Position numbers and translations under genes: made by a program. Positions 37,676-47,180 of a stretch of 53,797 bases of DNA are shown one piece after another. This stretch comes from Candidatus Aminicenantales bacterium. GTDB taxonomy: Bacteria; Acidobacteriota; Aminicenantia; Aminicenantales; Saccharicenantaceae. How positions within the stretch are numbered: position 1 is the stretch's first letter; every line of letters starts with the position of its first letter. Location of the stretch: NCBI GenBank assembly GCA_049512315.1, contig JBEKXF010000006.1, positions 62,001 through 115,797 of the forward strand. Reading direction: 5' to 3'. The notes beneath the pieces were generated by a model. That model was given only the letters and a program-made list of their open reading frames with translations, did not search any database and was not told the DNA's origin.

Positions 37676-39136
37676 CTATTTGCCGGTCTCGCCCGTCAAG
37701 GGGTCGGGAAGGCTGATCCGGTGGACTTTGCCGAGCTTGTCCAGCGGGCCGGGCCACTTGTCCGCGCCCTTGTTGCAGGGTTCCCAGTCGCCGACGATCA
37801 TGATCGCCAGCTTGTCGAGCTGGATGTACTTCCGGGCCGCCTCCTGGACCTTGGCCTTCGTCACGGCCTTGACCGTGTCGCGGTAGGTCTTGTAATAGTC
37901 CATCGGTTTGCCGGTCATCTCGAGGTTGGCAAAATTCGACATCGTGACCTGAGGGGTCTGGAAGCTATCGGCGAAGCTCTCCAGGTAGTAATTGACGGCC
38001 GTCTCCATTTCCGCGTCCGTCACGGGTTCCTTCCGGATGCGGTCGAGCTCGTTGAGGATGAGCGAAATCGCGTAGCCGACCGTGGCCGACTTGGTCTGGA
38101 CGTAGCCGGAGAACGTCCCGGGGAATCCCCAGCGGTACGTGAACCGGCTGCCCTGGTTGTAGGAGAGCCCTTCGTTCGACCGGACCTTCGTCGTGATCCG
38201 CGAGGAAAAGCTCCCGCCGCCGAGGATGAAGTTCATGACCTGGACCGCGAAATAGTCGGGGTTGCCGTCCTCGAGGCCCAAATGCCCGATGCTGATGTAG
38301 CCCTGATTGATGGCTTTCTGGATGAAATAAACGCCCGGTTCGACCGTGGGGAAGGTCCTGACCAAGGCCGGGAACACGACCACATGGTTTTTCCAAGCGT
38401 CCACGGCCTTGGTGACCTTGGCCTTGAGGTCGGCCTTGGTGAAATCGCCCGAGGCGGCCAGGATGATGTTCTTCGGGAAAAAGTACTTGGCGTAGATGGC
38501 CTTCAGGTCGGCCACGGTGATCCCGTCATAGGTGGCCTTCGTCGGCTCCCAGGTCAGGGGCTGGTCGCCGTAGAGGAGCCGCTCGAACTCCCGGCTGAGG
38601 ACCGTGCTGGGCTGGTCGTTGGCCTGGCGGAGCTGGTCGATGAGACGGGCTTTGGCCAGCTTGACCGCGTCCTCCCGGAATTCGGGGTTCATGAGGACGT
38701 CGAAGAAGATCTGCAGGCCCTCGTCCAGGTCCTTGCTCAGGACGGAAAGGGAAAGCTGGGAGGTCCTTTCGCCCGCCATGAAGTTCAGCGTCCCGCCGAG
38801 GAAATCGATCCGTTCTTCGATCGTCGAGCCGTCCTTCGTTTTGGTCCCGCCTCTGATGAGGGTCCCGCTCAGGAGCTGCGAGAGTCCGGTCTTGTCCTTC
38901 GGAACGTCAAGGGCGCCGAAGTTGATGAGGGCCGAGATGTTGACGAGCCCCAGAGTGTGGTCCTCCTGGACGTAGGCGCGCAGGCCGCCGGCAAATTCCA
39001 TCCGGAAGGCCTTGGGATCGGGGGGTTCATACTTGAGCGGCGGGTATTTGAGCTCGGACGGCCGGGTGGCCTGGCCCAGGCCCAGGGTTACGAAGACAAA
39101 CGTCATGGCCAGGATGGTTGTCAGGGTCTTTTTCAT
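37676..39136 (-). CDS. M16B peptidase, non-catalytic subunit, exported
   Basis: Signal peptide; no HxxEH; ILGGGSFSSRITTKVRSNEGLSY carries the conserved R/Y pair. Confidence 0.85.
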   Translation of the reverse strand: MKKTLTTILAMTFVFVTLGLGQATRPSELKYPPLKYEPPDPKAFRMEFAGGLRAYVQEDHTLGLVNISALINFGALDVPKDKTGLSQLLSGTLIRGGTKTKDGSTIEERIDFLGGTLNFMAGERTSQLSLSVLSKDLDEGLQIFFDVLMNPEFREDAVKLAKARLIDQLRQANDQPSTVLSREFERLLYGDQPLTWEPTKATYDGITVADLKAIYAKYFFPKNIILAASGDFTKADLKAKVTKAVDAWKNHVVVFPALVRTFPTVEPGVYFIQKAINQGYISIGHLGLEDGNPDYFAVQVMNFILGGGSFSSRITTKVRSNEGLSYNQGSRFTYRWGFPGTFSGYVQTKSATVGYAISLILNELDRIRKEPVTDAEMETAVNYYLESFADSFQTPQVTMSNFANLEMTGKPMDYYKTYRDTVKAVTKAKVQEAARKYIQLDKLAIMIVGDWEPCNKGADKWPGPLDKLGKVHRISLPDPLTGETGK

Positions 39137-39147
39137 GGTCATCCTCC

Positions 39148-40665
39148 TTACCGCCCCATCGTCCTCTTGTAGATAGCTGTCAGGCTGTTGTCCTTGACGA
39201 AATACTCGGCCGCGACGCGCTTGACGTCGTCGTTTGTCACCTTTTTCAGGTTCTCGAGGTCGTCGACGATCGAGCGCCAGCCACGGTTGAGCTCGGCCCG
39301 GCCAACCCGGCCCGCCAGCCCCATCGTGCTGGCGAGACTGCGGGTGAACATGGCTTCGGCCCGGTTCTTGGCCTTCTGGATTTCCTCCGGAGTCACGCCC
39401 TCTTTTTTGATCTTTTCGATCTCGGCCCAGATCTCCTTCTCGAGGTCCTCGGGCTGGATGTTTTTATCGAAGCGCGGCGTCGCGCTGAACTGGAAGCTCC
39501 CGACGTACCACTGGGGCCGGCTGGAGGCCGAGGCGTTGACGGCCACCTGCTTGTCCCTGACGAGGGTCTTATAGAGCCGCCCGGTCCCGCCGCCGCCGCC
39601 CATGCCGCCGCGGAAGCCCCCCCCGCCGGAGCCGAGGACATCGGCCAGGACCGATAGAGCCGCCGCGTCCGCGTGGCCCTCCGGTGGGATATGGAACATC
39701 ATGCTCAGGCTCGTCGGGGCCGGGCCCTCCCCGGACATCCGCTTCTCGCTGTATTGGGGCGGTTCCGCGTCACGGATGGGCTCGAGGTCGGGGCCCTTGG
39801 GGATGCGACCGAAATATTTCTCGGCCATGGCGGTGATCGCCGCCGGGTCGATGTCGCCGACGTAGATCGCGACGCAATTGTTGGGGACATAGTACCGGTT
39901 GTGGAAATTGATGAGGTCGGCTTTGGTGATTTTCCGGATATCATCCATCCAGCCGACGACGTCCCAGTGATACGGCGACGCGGCGTAAAAGGCCGCGTTG
40001 ACCTGCTCGTCGAAGAAGAAGCCCGGCCGGTTCTCGCTCAGGCGCCGCTCTTCCATGATGACGTCTTTTTCAGAGTAGAACTCACGGAAATAGGCGTGGA
40101 GCATCCGGTCCGACTCGAGGAACATCTGCAGCTCGACCTTGTTCGACGGCAGGGTGACGTAGTAGCCCGTGTTCTCGTTCCCGGTCGAGGCGTTGAGGGC
40201 CGTGCCGCCGTTCTTCATGTACAGCGTCCAGAGGTCGTCCTTGATGATGTACGGCTTTTCGGACGCGATCAAGGTATCGGCCTGCTTCTGGAGCTCCGCG
40301 AGTTTCGCCTTATCGCCGCCATCGGCTTTCCAGTACTTCTCGCGATAGATCTGGTCCATGACCTCGTCGATCTGCTGGTCGATGGCCTGGTCCTTCGCGA
40401 AGTCCGTGACGCCCATCATCTCCGTGCCCTTGAACATCATGTGTTCGTGGATGTGGGCGAGCCCGGTGATGCCCGGGCGCTCGTTGATCGAGCCGACTTT
40501 GAAATAGATGTGGCAGACAACGCGGGGGACGCCGGGTTTGGGGATCATCAGGATCTTCATCCCGTTCCCGAGGACGTGCTCCTTCACGTCCAGGTTGACC
40601 GTCGCGGAAACGGCGAGGGTCGTGAATGCCAAGAGAGCCAAGAGAGCGATGAATGAGCGTTTCAT
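39148..40665 (-). CDS. M16B zinc peptidase, catalytic subunit, exported
   Basis: Signal peptide; GLAHIHEHMMFKG (HxxEH), NAST and EERR. Confidence 0.9.
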   Translation of the reverse strand: MKRSFIALLALLAFTTLAVSATVNLDVKEHVLGNGMKILMIPKPGVPRVVCHIYFKVGSINERPGITGLAHIHEHMMFKGTEMMGVTDFAKDQAIDQQIDEVMDQIYREKYWKADGGDKAKLAELQKQADTLIASEKPYIIKDDLWTLYMKNGGTALNASTGNENTGYYVTLPSNKVELQMFLESDRMLHAYFREFYSEKDVIMEERRLSENRPGFFFDEQVNAAFYAASPYHWDVVGWMDDIRKITKADLINFHNRYYVPNNCVAIYVGDIDPAAITAMAEKYFGRIPKGPDLEPIRDAEPPQYSEKRMSGEGPAPTSLSMMFHIPPEGHADAAALSVLADVLGSGGGGFRGGMGGGGGTGRLYKTLVRDKQVAVNASASSRPQWYVGSFQFSATPRFDKNIQPEDLEKEIWAEIEKIKKEGVTPEEIQKAKNRAEAMFTRSLASTMGLAGRVGRAELNRGWRSIVDDLENLKKVTNDDVKRVAAEYFVKDNSLTAIYKRTMGR

Positions 40666-40726
40666 TTCGCTAGACACCTCCTGTCAGTATTTAGACGATC
40701 CCCGCCGGAAAACATTCCGGAATCCG

Positions 40727-41845
40727 TCAAAGGTACCGGACCTTTTTCATTTTTCTGAGCGCCCCGACGACATCCTTCACCCGCTGGTCCTGGCCCGACC
40801 GGCAGATGAGGAGGGCGTCTCCGGCCTCGACCACGATGAGGTCGCGCACGCCAATGAGGGCCGTCAGCCGGCCGGGATTATAGACCAGACACCCGCGCGA
40901 ATCCAGGGCCAGGCATTCGCCGCGGACGGCGTTGCCCTCCCGGTCCCCCTTCCAGATCTCGAACAGCGAGGACCAGGCGCCGATATCGGACCAGCCGAAG
41001 TCCCCCTCGCAGACGACGACCCCGCGGACCCTCTCCATCAGGGCGTAATCGATGGAGGTGGCCGGGATCTTCTTGAACACGGCCCGGAGCGCTCTCCCGT
41101 CCTTCTTTTTCAGGGCCTCGATCAGCCGCTTCCAGAGGGCGAAAAGGTCCGGGGCGAAGGCCTCGAGCTTTTGGGCGAAGACGTCCGCCCGCCAGACGAA
41201 CATCCCCGAATTCCAGGCGCAGTCGCCCGCGGCCAGGAACCGTCGGGCCTGCTCGAGGCTCGGCTTTTCCCTGAAGGCCCGGACCGGGTAGAAGACCTCT
41301 CGGCCGATCTTTTGCGGCTCCGCCTTCGAGAATTGGATGTATCCGTACCCCGTGGCGGGATAGTGCGGACGGATGCCGAAGGTCACGATCGAGGGGTTTC
41401 GAGCGGCGAAGGCCGCGGCCGCCTTGAGCTTGCCGAGGAACTTCTCCGGCTGCCGGATGAGGTGATCGGCGGCCAGGACGGCGACGACCGCCGCAGGATT
41501 GTCGAGCCAGATCCGGCCCGTCGCCAGCATGAGCGCCGGCGCGGTGTTCCGGGCCTGCGGCTCGACCAGGAAATTCGTCCCGGCCATTTCCGGGAAGAGC
41601 TTCCGGAGGGTCCGAGTTTGGCCGGCGTCGGCGACCATCAGGGCGCGCCCGGCCGGAATGAGCGGACGGATGCGCTCGACCGTCTCCTCGATCATCGACC
41701 TCCGGCCGGCGATCGGAAGGAACTGCTTGGGCTTTTTCGCCCGGCCGAGCGGCCAGAACCTGGTCCCCCGGCCCCCGGCCAGGATGACCGCCCGGAGGTC
41801 GGTCCCGGCCTTCGTCCGGTCCTTTCGCACCGCCGCTCTCATCAT
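40727..41845 (-). CDS. manC: Mannose-1-phosphate guanylyltransferase
   Basis: LAGGRGTRFWP, PKQF, EPQARNTAPA, GYGYI, FREKP and WSDIGAW. Confidence 0.92.
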   Translation of the reverse strand: MMRAAVRKDRTKAGTDLRAVILAGGRGTRFWPLGRAKKPKQFLPIAGRRSMIEETVERIRPLIPAGRALMVADAGQTRTLRKLFPEMAGTNFLVEPQARNTAPALMLATGRIWLDNPAAVVAVLAADHLIRQPEKFLGKLKAAAAFAARNPSIVTFGIRPHYPATGYGYIQFSKAEPQKIGREVFYPVRAFREKPSLEQARRFLAAGDCAWNSGMFVWRADVFAQKLEAFAPDLFALWKRLIEALKKKDGRALRAVFKKIPATSIDYALMERVRGVVVCEGDFGWSDIGAWSSLFEIWKGDREGNAVRGECLALDSRGCLVYNPGRLTALIGVRDLIVVEAGDALLICRSGQDQRVKDVVGALRKMKKVRYL

Positions 41846-43209
41846 GTCCGCCCGAGCTTCTTGATGGTCCGCTCCAGGACACCACGGACCTCGGCCTGGA
41901 TAGCGGCCAGGGCTTCCTCCGTGTCCGCCTCGAACCGCAGGACGATCACGGCCTGGGTGTTGGACGCCCGGACCAGGCCCCAGCCCGCCGGGAAGATGGC
42001 CCTGACGCCGTCGATGTCGATCACCTTATGGTCCGCCGCGAGAACCCGCCGGACCTCGTCCACGATCTTGAACTTGACCTCGTCGGAGGCGTAGATCCGG
42101 ATCTCCGGCGTCGAGAAGGTCTTGGGAAGGTCGGCCATCATCCCGGATAGCTTTTTCTCGGAGCGCGACAGGATCTCGAGAAGCCTGGCCGAGGAGTAAA
42201 TGGCGTCGTCGAAGCCGAACCAGCGGTCGGCGAAGAAGATGTGTCCGCTCATCTCGCCGGCCAGGACCGCCTTCTCCTCCTTGATCTTTTTCTTGATCAG
42301 GGAATGGCCCGTCCGCCACATGATGGGCCGGCCGCCGAGCCTGGCGATCTCGTCGTAGAGGACCTTGGACGCCTTGACCTCCGAGATGACCGCCGCCCCG
42401 GGGTGCGACGGGAGGATGTCCCGGGCGAAGACGATCATCAGCTGGTCGCCCCAGAGCAGCCTCCCCTGGTCGTCGACAACACCGAGCCGGTCCGCATCCC
42501 CGTCATAGCCGATCCCCAGGTCCGCCTTCGTCTCGCGGACCGTGCGGATGAGGTCCCCCATGGCGTCGGGCAGGGTAGGGTCGGGGTGATGGTTGGGGAA
42601 GCGACCGTCCATCTCGCAATAGAGAGGCACGACCTCGCACCCCAGCCTCTCGAGCAGGGGGACGGCGACGTATCCTCCCGTCCCGTTGCCGGCGTCCACG
42701 ACGACCTTGAGCTTTTTGGCGAGACGGATCTGCGCCGCCACATAACTCTCGTATTCAGGGATGATGTCGAACGCCCGGGACGAGCCCTGGCCCTCCGCGA
42801 AGCGGCCCTTATGGATGACCGCATAGATGTCCTGGATATGCCGACCATAGAGGGTTTCTTCTCCGGACATCATCTTGAAGCCGTTGTACTCCGGCGGGTT
42901 GTGCGAACCCGTGATCATCACCCCGGACTCCATTCTTTTCTCGTATACGGAGAAGTAGAGCAGCGGCGTGGGTATGACGCCGAGGTCCGTGACGTCGCGT
43001 CCCGTGGAGAGGAGCCCTTCCGTCAGGGCGGCAGCAAAGGAGGGCGAGCTCAGGCGGCAGTCCCGTCCGACGGCCACGCCTTTTTTCCCGCGCTCGGCGA
43101 AATACGTGCCGATGGCCCGGCCCAGGAGCCTGACGACCCCTTCGTCCAGGTCCTGGCCGACGGTCCCCCGGATGTCGTATTCCCTGAAGATCTTGGGGTT
43201 GATGTCCAC
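41842..43209 (-). CDS. Phosphomannomutase/phosphoglucomutase
   Basis: FREYDIRG, TGSHNP, DGDADR, GEMSGH and RASNT; GTG start with AAGGAGG. Confidence 0.93.
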   Translation of the reverse strand: MDINPKIFREYDIRGTVGQDLDEGVVRLLGRAIGTYFAERGKKGVAVGRDCRLSSPSFAAALTEGLLSTGRDVTDLGVIPTPLLYFSVYEKRMESGVMITGSHNPPEYNGFKMMSGEETLYGRHIQDIYAVIHKGRFAEGQGSSRAFDIIPEYESYVAAQIRLAKKLKVVVDAGNGTGGYVAVPLLERLGCEVVPLYCEMDGRFPNHHPDPTLPDAMGDLIRTVRETKADLGIGYDGDADRLGVVDDQGRLLWGDQLMIVFARDILPSHPGAAVISEVKASKVLYDEIARLGGRPIMWRTGHSLIKKKIKEEKAVLAGEMSGHIFFADRWFGFDDAIYSSARLLEILSRSEKKLSGMMADLPKTFSTPEIRIYASDEVKFKIVDEVRRVLAADHKVIDIDGVRAIFPAGWGLVRASNTQAVIVLRFEADTEEALAAIQAEVRGVLERTIKKLGRT

Positions 43210-43303
43210 GCTTCCCTCCTTCCCGGGATGACGGCGCACTCAAATCCATAAGGTTTTATATATTATATTTATTATCAACTAATTACGTCCATTTCTTCCG
43301 GTC

Positions 43304-44926
43304 TCACGCCGGGCCGCGCCGGACGCCCTTCTTGAGGCGGTTGGCATAGCTTGCGGCGATGAACGCCTTGAAGAGAGGGTGCGGGTCGAGCGGCTTGGAC
43401 TTGAACTCAGGGTGGAACTGGCAGCCGAGGAACCAGGGGTGGCCGGGGACTTCGATGATCTCGACCAGTCCGTAATCCGGGTTCCTCCCCGAGATCACAA
43501 GTCCGGCTCGAACCAGGATGTCTTCGAACTCCGGGTTGAATTCGTAGCGGTGGCGGTGCCGCTCGGAGATCCGGCTCTTTCCATAAGCCTTGAAGGCCAG
43601 GGTGCCTTTTTTGAGGTCGCAGCGATAGGCGCCCAGCCGCATGGTACCGCCCATGTCGAACTCCTTGCCGAGCTCGCGCCAGCGGACGATGGTTTTCTGC
43701 GGCGTGTCGGGAGCGAACTCGGTGCTGTTCGCCTTCTCGAGCCCGGCCACCGAGCGGGAGAACTCGATCGCCGCGCACTGCATGCCCAGGCAGATCCCGA
43801 AGTAAGGAACCTTGTTCTCCCGGGCGTAGGTGACCGCCCGGATCTTGCCCTCAATGCCCCGCTTGCCGAAACCGCCGGGGACGAGGATTCCGTCCTCTTC
43901 CGCGAGGATCCCGGCCGGGTCGCATTCCTCAAGGTCCTCGGCTTCGATCCAGTCGATATTGACCTTGAGCCGGTTGGCGATGCCGCCGTGGATGAGGGCC
44001 TGGTTCAGGCTCATGTACGCGTCGTGGAGCCCCGCGTACTTCCCGACGAGGGCAATGTTCACCTCATCCTTCGGGTTCTTGATCCGGTCCACCAGGGCCT
44101 CCCAGCGGGAGAGGTTTTTCTTGCTGCGGGGGAGATGGAGCATCCGGAGGATGATGCCGTCCAGCCCCTCGGCGGCGAAATTGAGCGGGATCTCATAGAT
44201 GCTTTGGCAGTCGCGGGCGGCGATGACGGCCTGGACCGGGACGTTCGTGAAAAGGGCGATCTTCGACTTGATCTCCTGGGAGAGCGGCCGGCTCGTCCGG
44301 CAGAGGAGGATGTCGGGCTGGATCCCGATCGCCCGGAGCTCCTTGACGCTGTGCTGAGTCGGCTTGGTCTTGAGCTCTCCCGACGTCTCGATGGCCGGGA
44401 CGAGGGTCAGGTGAACGAAGATGACGTTGTCGGCCCCGAGGGCCAGCCTCATCTGTCTCGTCGCTTCGAGAAAGGGCAGGCTCTCGATGTCGCCCACCGT
44501 CCCTCCAATCTCGCAGATGACGATGTGGTTGCGGTCGGCCACGGCGTGAAAGGCCTTCTTGATCTCGTCCGTCACGTGGGGAATCACCTGGACGGTCTTG
44601 CCCAGGTACTCCCCTTTCCGCTCCTTGCGGATGAGCGACTCGTAAACCTTGCCCGCGGTCCAGTTGTGGGCCCGCGTCGTCTTGGTGGAGGTGAAGCGCT
44701 CGTAGTGTCCGAGGTCGAGGTCGGTCTCGGCGCCGTCGTCGGTCACATAAACTTCGCCGTGCTGGAAGGGGCTCATGGTCCCGGGATCGACGTTGAGATA
44801 AGGGTCGAACTTCTGGATCGTGATCTTGTAACCGTGGTTTTCGAGGAGCATCCCCATGGAGGCCGCCGCGATGCCTTTCCCCAGTCCGGAAATGACTCCG
44901 CCCGTGACAAAGATATACTTGCTCAT
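43304..44926 (-). CDS. pyrG: CTP synthase
   Basis: [37 protein letters not shown] and FHPEF. Confidence 0.97.
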   Translation of the reverse strand: MSKYIFVTGGVISGLGKGIAAASMGMLLENHGYKITIQKFDPYLNVDPGTMSPFQHGEVYVTDDGAETDLDLGHYERFTSTKTTRAHNWTAGKVYESLIRKERKGEYLGKTVQVIPHVTDEIKKAFHAVADRNHIVICEIGGTVGDIESLPFLEATRQMRLALGADNVIFVHLTLVPAIETSGELKTKPTQHSVKELRAIGIQPDILLCRTSRPLSQEIKSKIALFTNVPVQAVIAARDCQSIYEIPLNFAAEGLDGIILRMLHLPRSKKNLSRWEALVDRIKNPKDEVNIALVGKYAGLHDAYMSLNQALIHGGIANRLKVNIDWIEAEDLEECDPAGILAEEDGILVPGGFGKRGIEGKIRAVTYARENKVPYFGICLGMQCAAIEFSRSVAGLEKANSTEFAPDTPQKTIVRWRELGKEFDMGGTMRLGAYRCDLKKGTLAFKAYGKSRISERHRHRYEFNPEFEDILVRAGLVISGRNPDYGLVEIIEVPGHPWFLGCQFHPEFKSKPLDPHPLFKAFIAASYANRLKKGVRRGPA

Positions 44927-44958
44927 CGAACCGCCTCGACCGGAATTGATTCCTTCCG

Positions 44959-44987
44959 ATTATATCCCTCGGGCCGTCCGCACTCAA
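44959..44987 (-). promoter_or_regulatory. Sigma-70-type promoter of pyrG
   Basis: Minus strand TTGAGT (44987-44982), 17 nt, TATAAT (44964-44959). Confidence 0.55.
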
Positions 44988-45181
44988 GAGCGGCGGGCGA
45001 GTTTTTTCCAGAGTCGCTGTCAGCTGCGGATGACGCGGCCGCGCGGCTCGCGACGAGTCCCCATCCTTCGAATCGACGCGGGTGAAGACCCGGCCAGGAC
45101 TAATTACTGTAATATGATAGGAATAGTATTATATCGGCGGGGAAGTGCCCCGGGCCGCCCCGGAGGGGCCGGGGCCTGGTG

Positions 45182-45583
45182 TTAGGCCTTGCTGCCGGTC
45201 GGTTCCTTGGGACCAGCCGCAGGCGCGACCGCGGGCGCCGCCTGAGTCTGGCAGGTGGCCTCGAGGAAGGCGCCTTCCTCGACGATCAGCCTCGGGGAGG
45301 TGACGGTCCCGAATACGCGGCCCTTGTTGTGTATCTCGATCCTGTCGCTCGCCTCGAGATGGCCGCGGATCTCGCCGTTGATCACGAGCTGGCCCACCTT
45401 GACATCCGCCTCCACCCTGCCTTTCTCGCCGATGACGAGCAAGGCGTCCGAGGTGATGGTCCCCTTGAAGGACCCCTCGATCCTGAAGGATCCCTTGAAG
45501 ACCAGGTCGCCCTTGAAATCCGACTCCAGGTCAATCAGGCCGGCCAGCCTTGACTCGTTGAGCTCTCTCGGCTTGTCTTTCAT
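45182..45583 (-). CDS. Bactofilin (polymer-forming cytoskeletal protein)
   Basis: FKGDL..RIEG..GTI..LVIGEKGRV..INGEIRG..GRVFG..LIVEEGA beta-helix repeats; ATGA overlap with parB. Confidence 0.9.
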   Translation of the reverse strand: MKDKPRELNESRLAGLIDLESDFKGDLVFKGSFRIEGSFKGTITSDALLVIGEKGRVEADVKVGQLVINGEIRGHLEASDRIEIHNKGRVFGTVTSPRLIVEEGAFLEATCQTQAAPAVAPAAGPKEPTGSKA

Positions 45584-46428
45584 GAGGAGGCTCCTTTGAC
45601 CCTATCGTAAATCCGGTTGAGGTCGTCCAAGGAAAAATAAAAGATCTTCAGGACCCCCTTCGTCCGGCTGCCCGAGATCAGGACCTTCGTGCCCAGGATC
45701 TTGAGCATCTCTTCCTGAAGGGCGCGGAGGTCGGGGTCTTCGAGGTGGCGCTGGGTCCGGGGGGGTCTCTCTTTAAGCCTGTTCACGAGCTTCTCCGTGT
45801 TCCTGACCGAGAGCCCCTTGTCGACGACCTGGCGGCAGGCGAAGAGCTGGGCCGAGGCTTCCTCGAGGGCGAGAAGGGCCCGGGCGTGCCCCATCGAGAT
45901 CGTCCCGCCGTTGACGTGGTCCTGGATCTCCTGGGGTAGTTTCAGCAGCCGTATGTAGTTCGTCACCGAAGTCCTGTCCTTCCCCACTTTTTCCGCGACT
46001 TCCTGCTGGGTGTATCCCTGCTCATCCATGAGGCGCTGATACGCCTGGCCGATCTCGAGAGGATTCAACTCCTCCCGGTGGATGTTTTCGATGAGCGAGA
46101 TCTCCAGCTGTTTTTCCCTCGGGACGTTGCGGATGAGGACCGGGATCTTCCTCAGCCCGGCCTTCTGGGCCGCCCGCCAGCGCCTCTCGCCGACGATGAT
46201 CTTGTAATGGTCGTCTTCCGGCGTCACGAGGACGGGCTGGACGACCCCCGATTCCCTGATGGACTGGGCCAGCTCTTCGATGGATTGGTCGTCGAACTTC
46301 ATCCGGGGTTGAAAGGGGTTGGGCTTGATCTCGTCGATCTCGACCTCGGCGAACCGTTCTTCCTTCAAGATGCTGAATTCATCGGGGATGAAGGCCCCCA
46401 GGCCTTTTCCCAGGGCTTTTTTGCTCAT
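45580..46428 (-). CDS. parB: Chromosome partitioning protein ParB
   Basis: ALGKGLGA, NPFQPR, GERRWRA (CTP-binding), ENIHRE and an HTH. Confidence 0.95.
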   Translation of the reverse strand: MSKKALGKGLGAFIPDEFSILKEERFAEVEIDEIKPNPFQPRMKFDDQSIEELAQSIRESGVVQPVLVTPEDDHYKIIVGERRWRAAQKAGLRKIPVLIRNVPREKQLEISLIENIHREELNPLEIGQAYQRLMDEQGYTQQEVAEKVGKDRTSVTNYIRLLKLPQEIQDHVNGGTISMGHARALLALEEASAQLFACRQVVDKGLSVRNTEKLVNRLKERPPRTQRHLEDPDLRALQEEMLKILGTKVLISGSRTKGVLKIFYFSLDDLNRIYDRVKGASS

Positions 46429-47180
46429 TTCTGGAGGATCTCCTCTGCGAGTTTAAGATAGGCTTCGGCTCCCTTGGACTTTATATCATAAAGCACGATA
46501 GGCTTGCCAAAGCTCGGCGCCTCGGCCAGGCGGACGCTCCGCGGGATGACCGTTTTAAAGAGAATGTGCTTGAGGGATTTCCGGACCTCTTCGGCCACCT
46601 GCTTGGAAAGGTTTGTCCGTTCGTCGTACATCGTCAGCAGGATGCCTTCAATGGCCAGCCTCGGGTTGAAATACGTTCGGACGGTCTCGAGCGTCTGGAA
46701 AAGGTCCGGGATCCCTTCCATGCAGAAAAACTCCGTCTGGACGGGAATGATCAGCGAATCGGCAGCCGTGAGGGCGTTGATCGTCAGAAAACTGAGAGAT
46801 GGGGGGCAATCGATGAGGACGAAATTAAAATGCCTGCGGATTCTCTCGACCGCTTCCAGGAGTCTCTTTTCCCGCCGCTCGGCCGTAAAAAACTCGGCCT
46901 CGGCGCCGGAAAGCTCGGGGGAGCACGGGCAAAGGTAAAAATTGTCTAATTCGCATCCTGTGATGCATTCCATCAAATCGGTTCCGTTCATCAGAGCCTG
47001 ATAAACGCCCTTGCCCGGTTCTTTTGGTTTGGCCAGGCCGAGTGTCGACATCCCCTGAGGGTCAAAATCAATGAGGAGGGTTCTTTTGTTCTTGAGCGCC
47101 AAGCAGGCCGATAGATTTATCGCGGTGGTCGTCTTCCCGACCCCGCCCTTTTGATTGGCAACTGCGATGATCTTATTCAT
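46425..47180 (-). CDS. parA: Chromosome partitioning ATPase ParA/Soj
   Basis: [19 protein letters not shown] and EAPSFGKP; start set at MNKII 47180. Confidence 0.95.
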   Translation of the reverse strand: MNKIIAVANQKGGVGKTTTAINLSACLALKNKRTLLIDFDPQGMSTLGLAKPKEPGKGVYQALMNGTDLMECITGCELDNFYLCPCSPELSGAEAEFFTAERREKRLLEAVERIRRHFNFVLIDCPPSLSFLTINALTAADSLIIPVQTEFFCMEGIPDLFQTLETVRTYFNPRLAIEGILLTMYDERTNLSKQVAEEVRKSLKHILFKTVIPRSVRLAEAPSFGKPIVLYDIKSKGAEAYLKLAEEILQK

